Shown piece after piece: positions 63,446 through 64,000 of a stretch of DNA of 64,000 nucleotides. The notes beneath the pieces are model-generated. The model had not been told where the DNA came from, made no database searches, and was given only the letters and a program-made list of their open reading frames with translations. Source of the DNA: Saccostrea cucullata (Eukaryota); NCBI RefSeq assembly GCF_032062105.1, contig NW_026938294.1, forward strand, positions 1-64,000, written 5' to 3'. Made by a program: the position numbers and the translations under genes. Numbering within the stretch: position 1 is the stretch's first letter; each line of letters begins with the position of its first letter.

Positions 63446-64000
63446 TTTATACCACCTCAATGCACACAGCACTCATGTATCTATTTCTCTTGCACTGACA
63501 CTTAAAATATGCACAACTAGGAGGATTTATTGATTAGTTATTAATAATATATTTATATTGTTATTTTGTTTGCTTTTTTGCACAGTATTTATGATTATTA
63601 CTGTACTCTGAAGGACTTGTATCTATTTATGTTTGCATGTACACAATGTATTAGTTTTAGTACTTTCTCATCTGTTCTGAACAGAACAATATTAATTGGT
63701 AGTTTCATTAATTTCTGATTACAATTATCACAAATATATGGATTTTTTAAAATAAATCACATATAAATTTGATTATCTGTTTTAAAAATTGTTTGTGGAT
63801 TGTAATCAAAATTAAGGAAAGTACAGGTAACAGCTCTTCTTTTTTTCTTACTAACAAGTGAAAGTTTGCCTTTCTTTTACTAATGCATGGACCAGGACAC
63901 TTGTTTGTCGGTTTTGGTATTTATGTCAGAAATTTATTTTATCAATCTTCAACTTTGTTTGCACTGATTTCCCCAATGCTGAAAAATCATCAATTTTATT

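Overview
AT-rich, intron-rich animal genomic DNA, most likely an oyster-like bivalve (inferred from pearl/CvA-type Helentron-associated repeats with a 156-bp core, a V-domain SINE, Penelope-like RT fragments and an intronless B-box/NHL gene). About 50 kb is a tandem, minus-strand array of five macrodomain-PARP paralogues, which I spliced by hand. Copy C (21510-37210) is intact: 14 coding exons, 879 aa, Macro1-Macro2-Macro3-PARP. Copy D (39708-45215) is complete except for one 10-nt deletion. Copies A, B and E are rearranged or decayed. Unlike vertebrate macro-PARPs (PARP9/14/15), these catalytic domains keep the full H-Y-E triad and carry a CxxC-x4-C-xx-H insertion. Paralogues changed macrodomain number by losing phase-compatible exon blocks, creating a chimeric macrodomain. 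Their 5' ends carry IRF-, NF-kB- and STAT-like motifs. Copy A is cut mid-exon by an element with a Polinton/Maverick-like AGTAGT terminus, and one intron of copy C is a roughly concentric 9.3-kb nest of inverted repeats. The array is followed by a RING-less TRIM-NHL gene (minus) lying head-to-head with a six-exon BAG1 gene (plus). There are two short assembly gaps. All gene models and functions come from sequence reading only.
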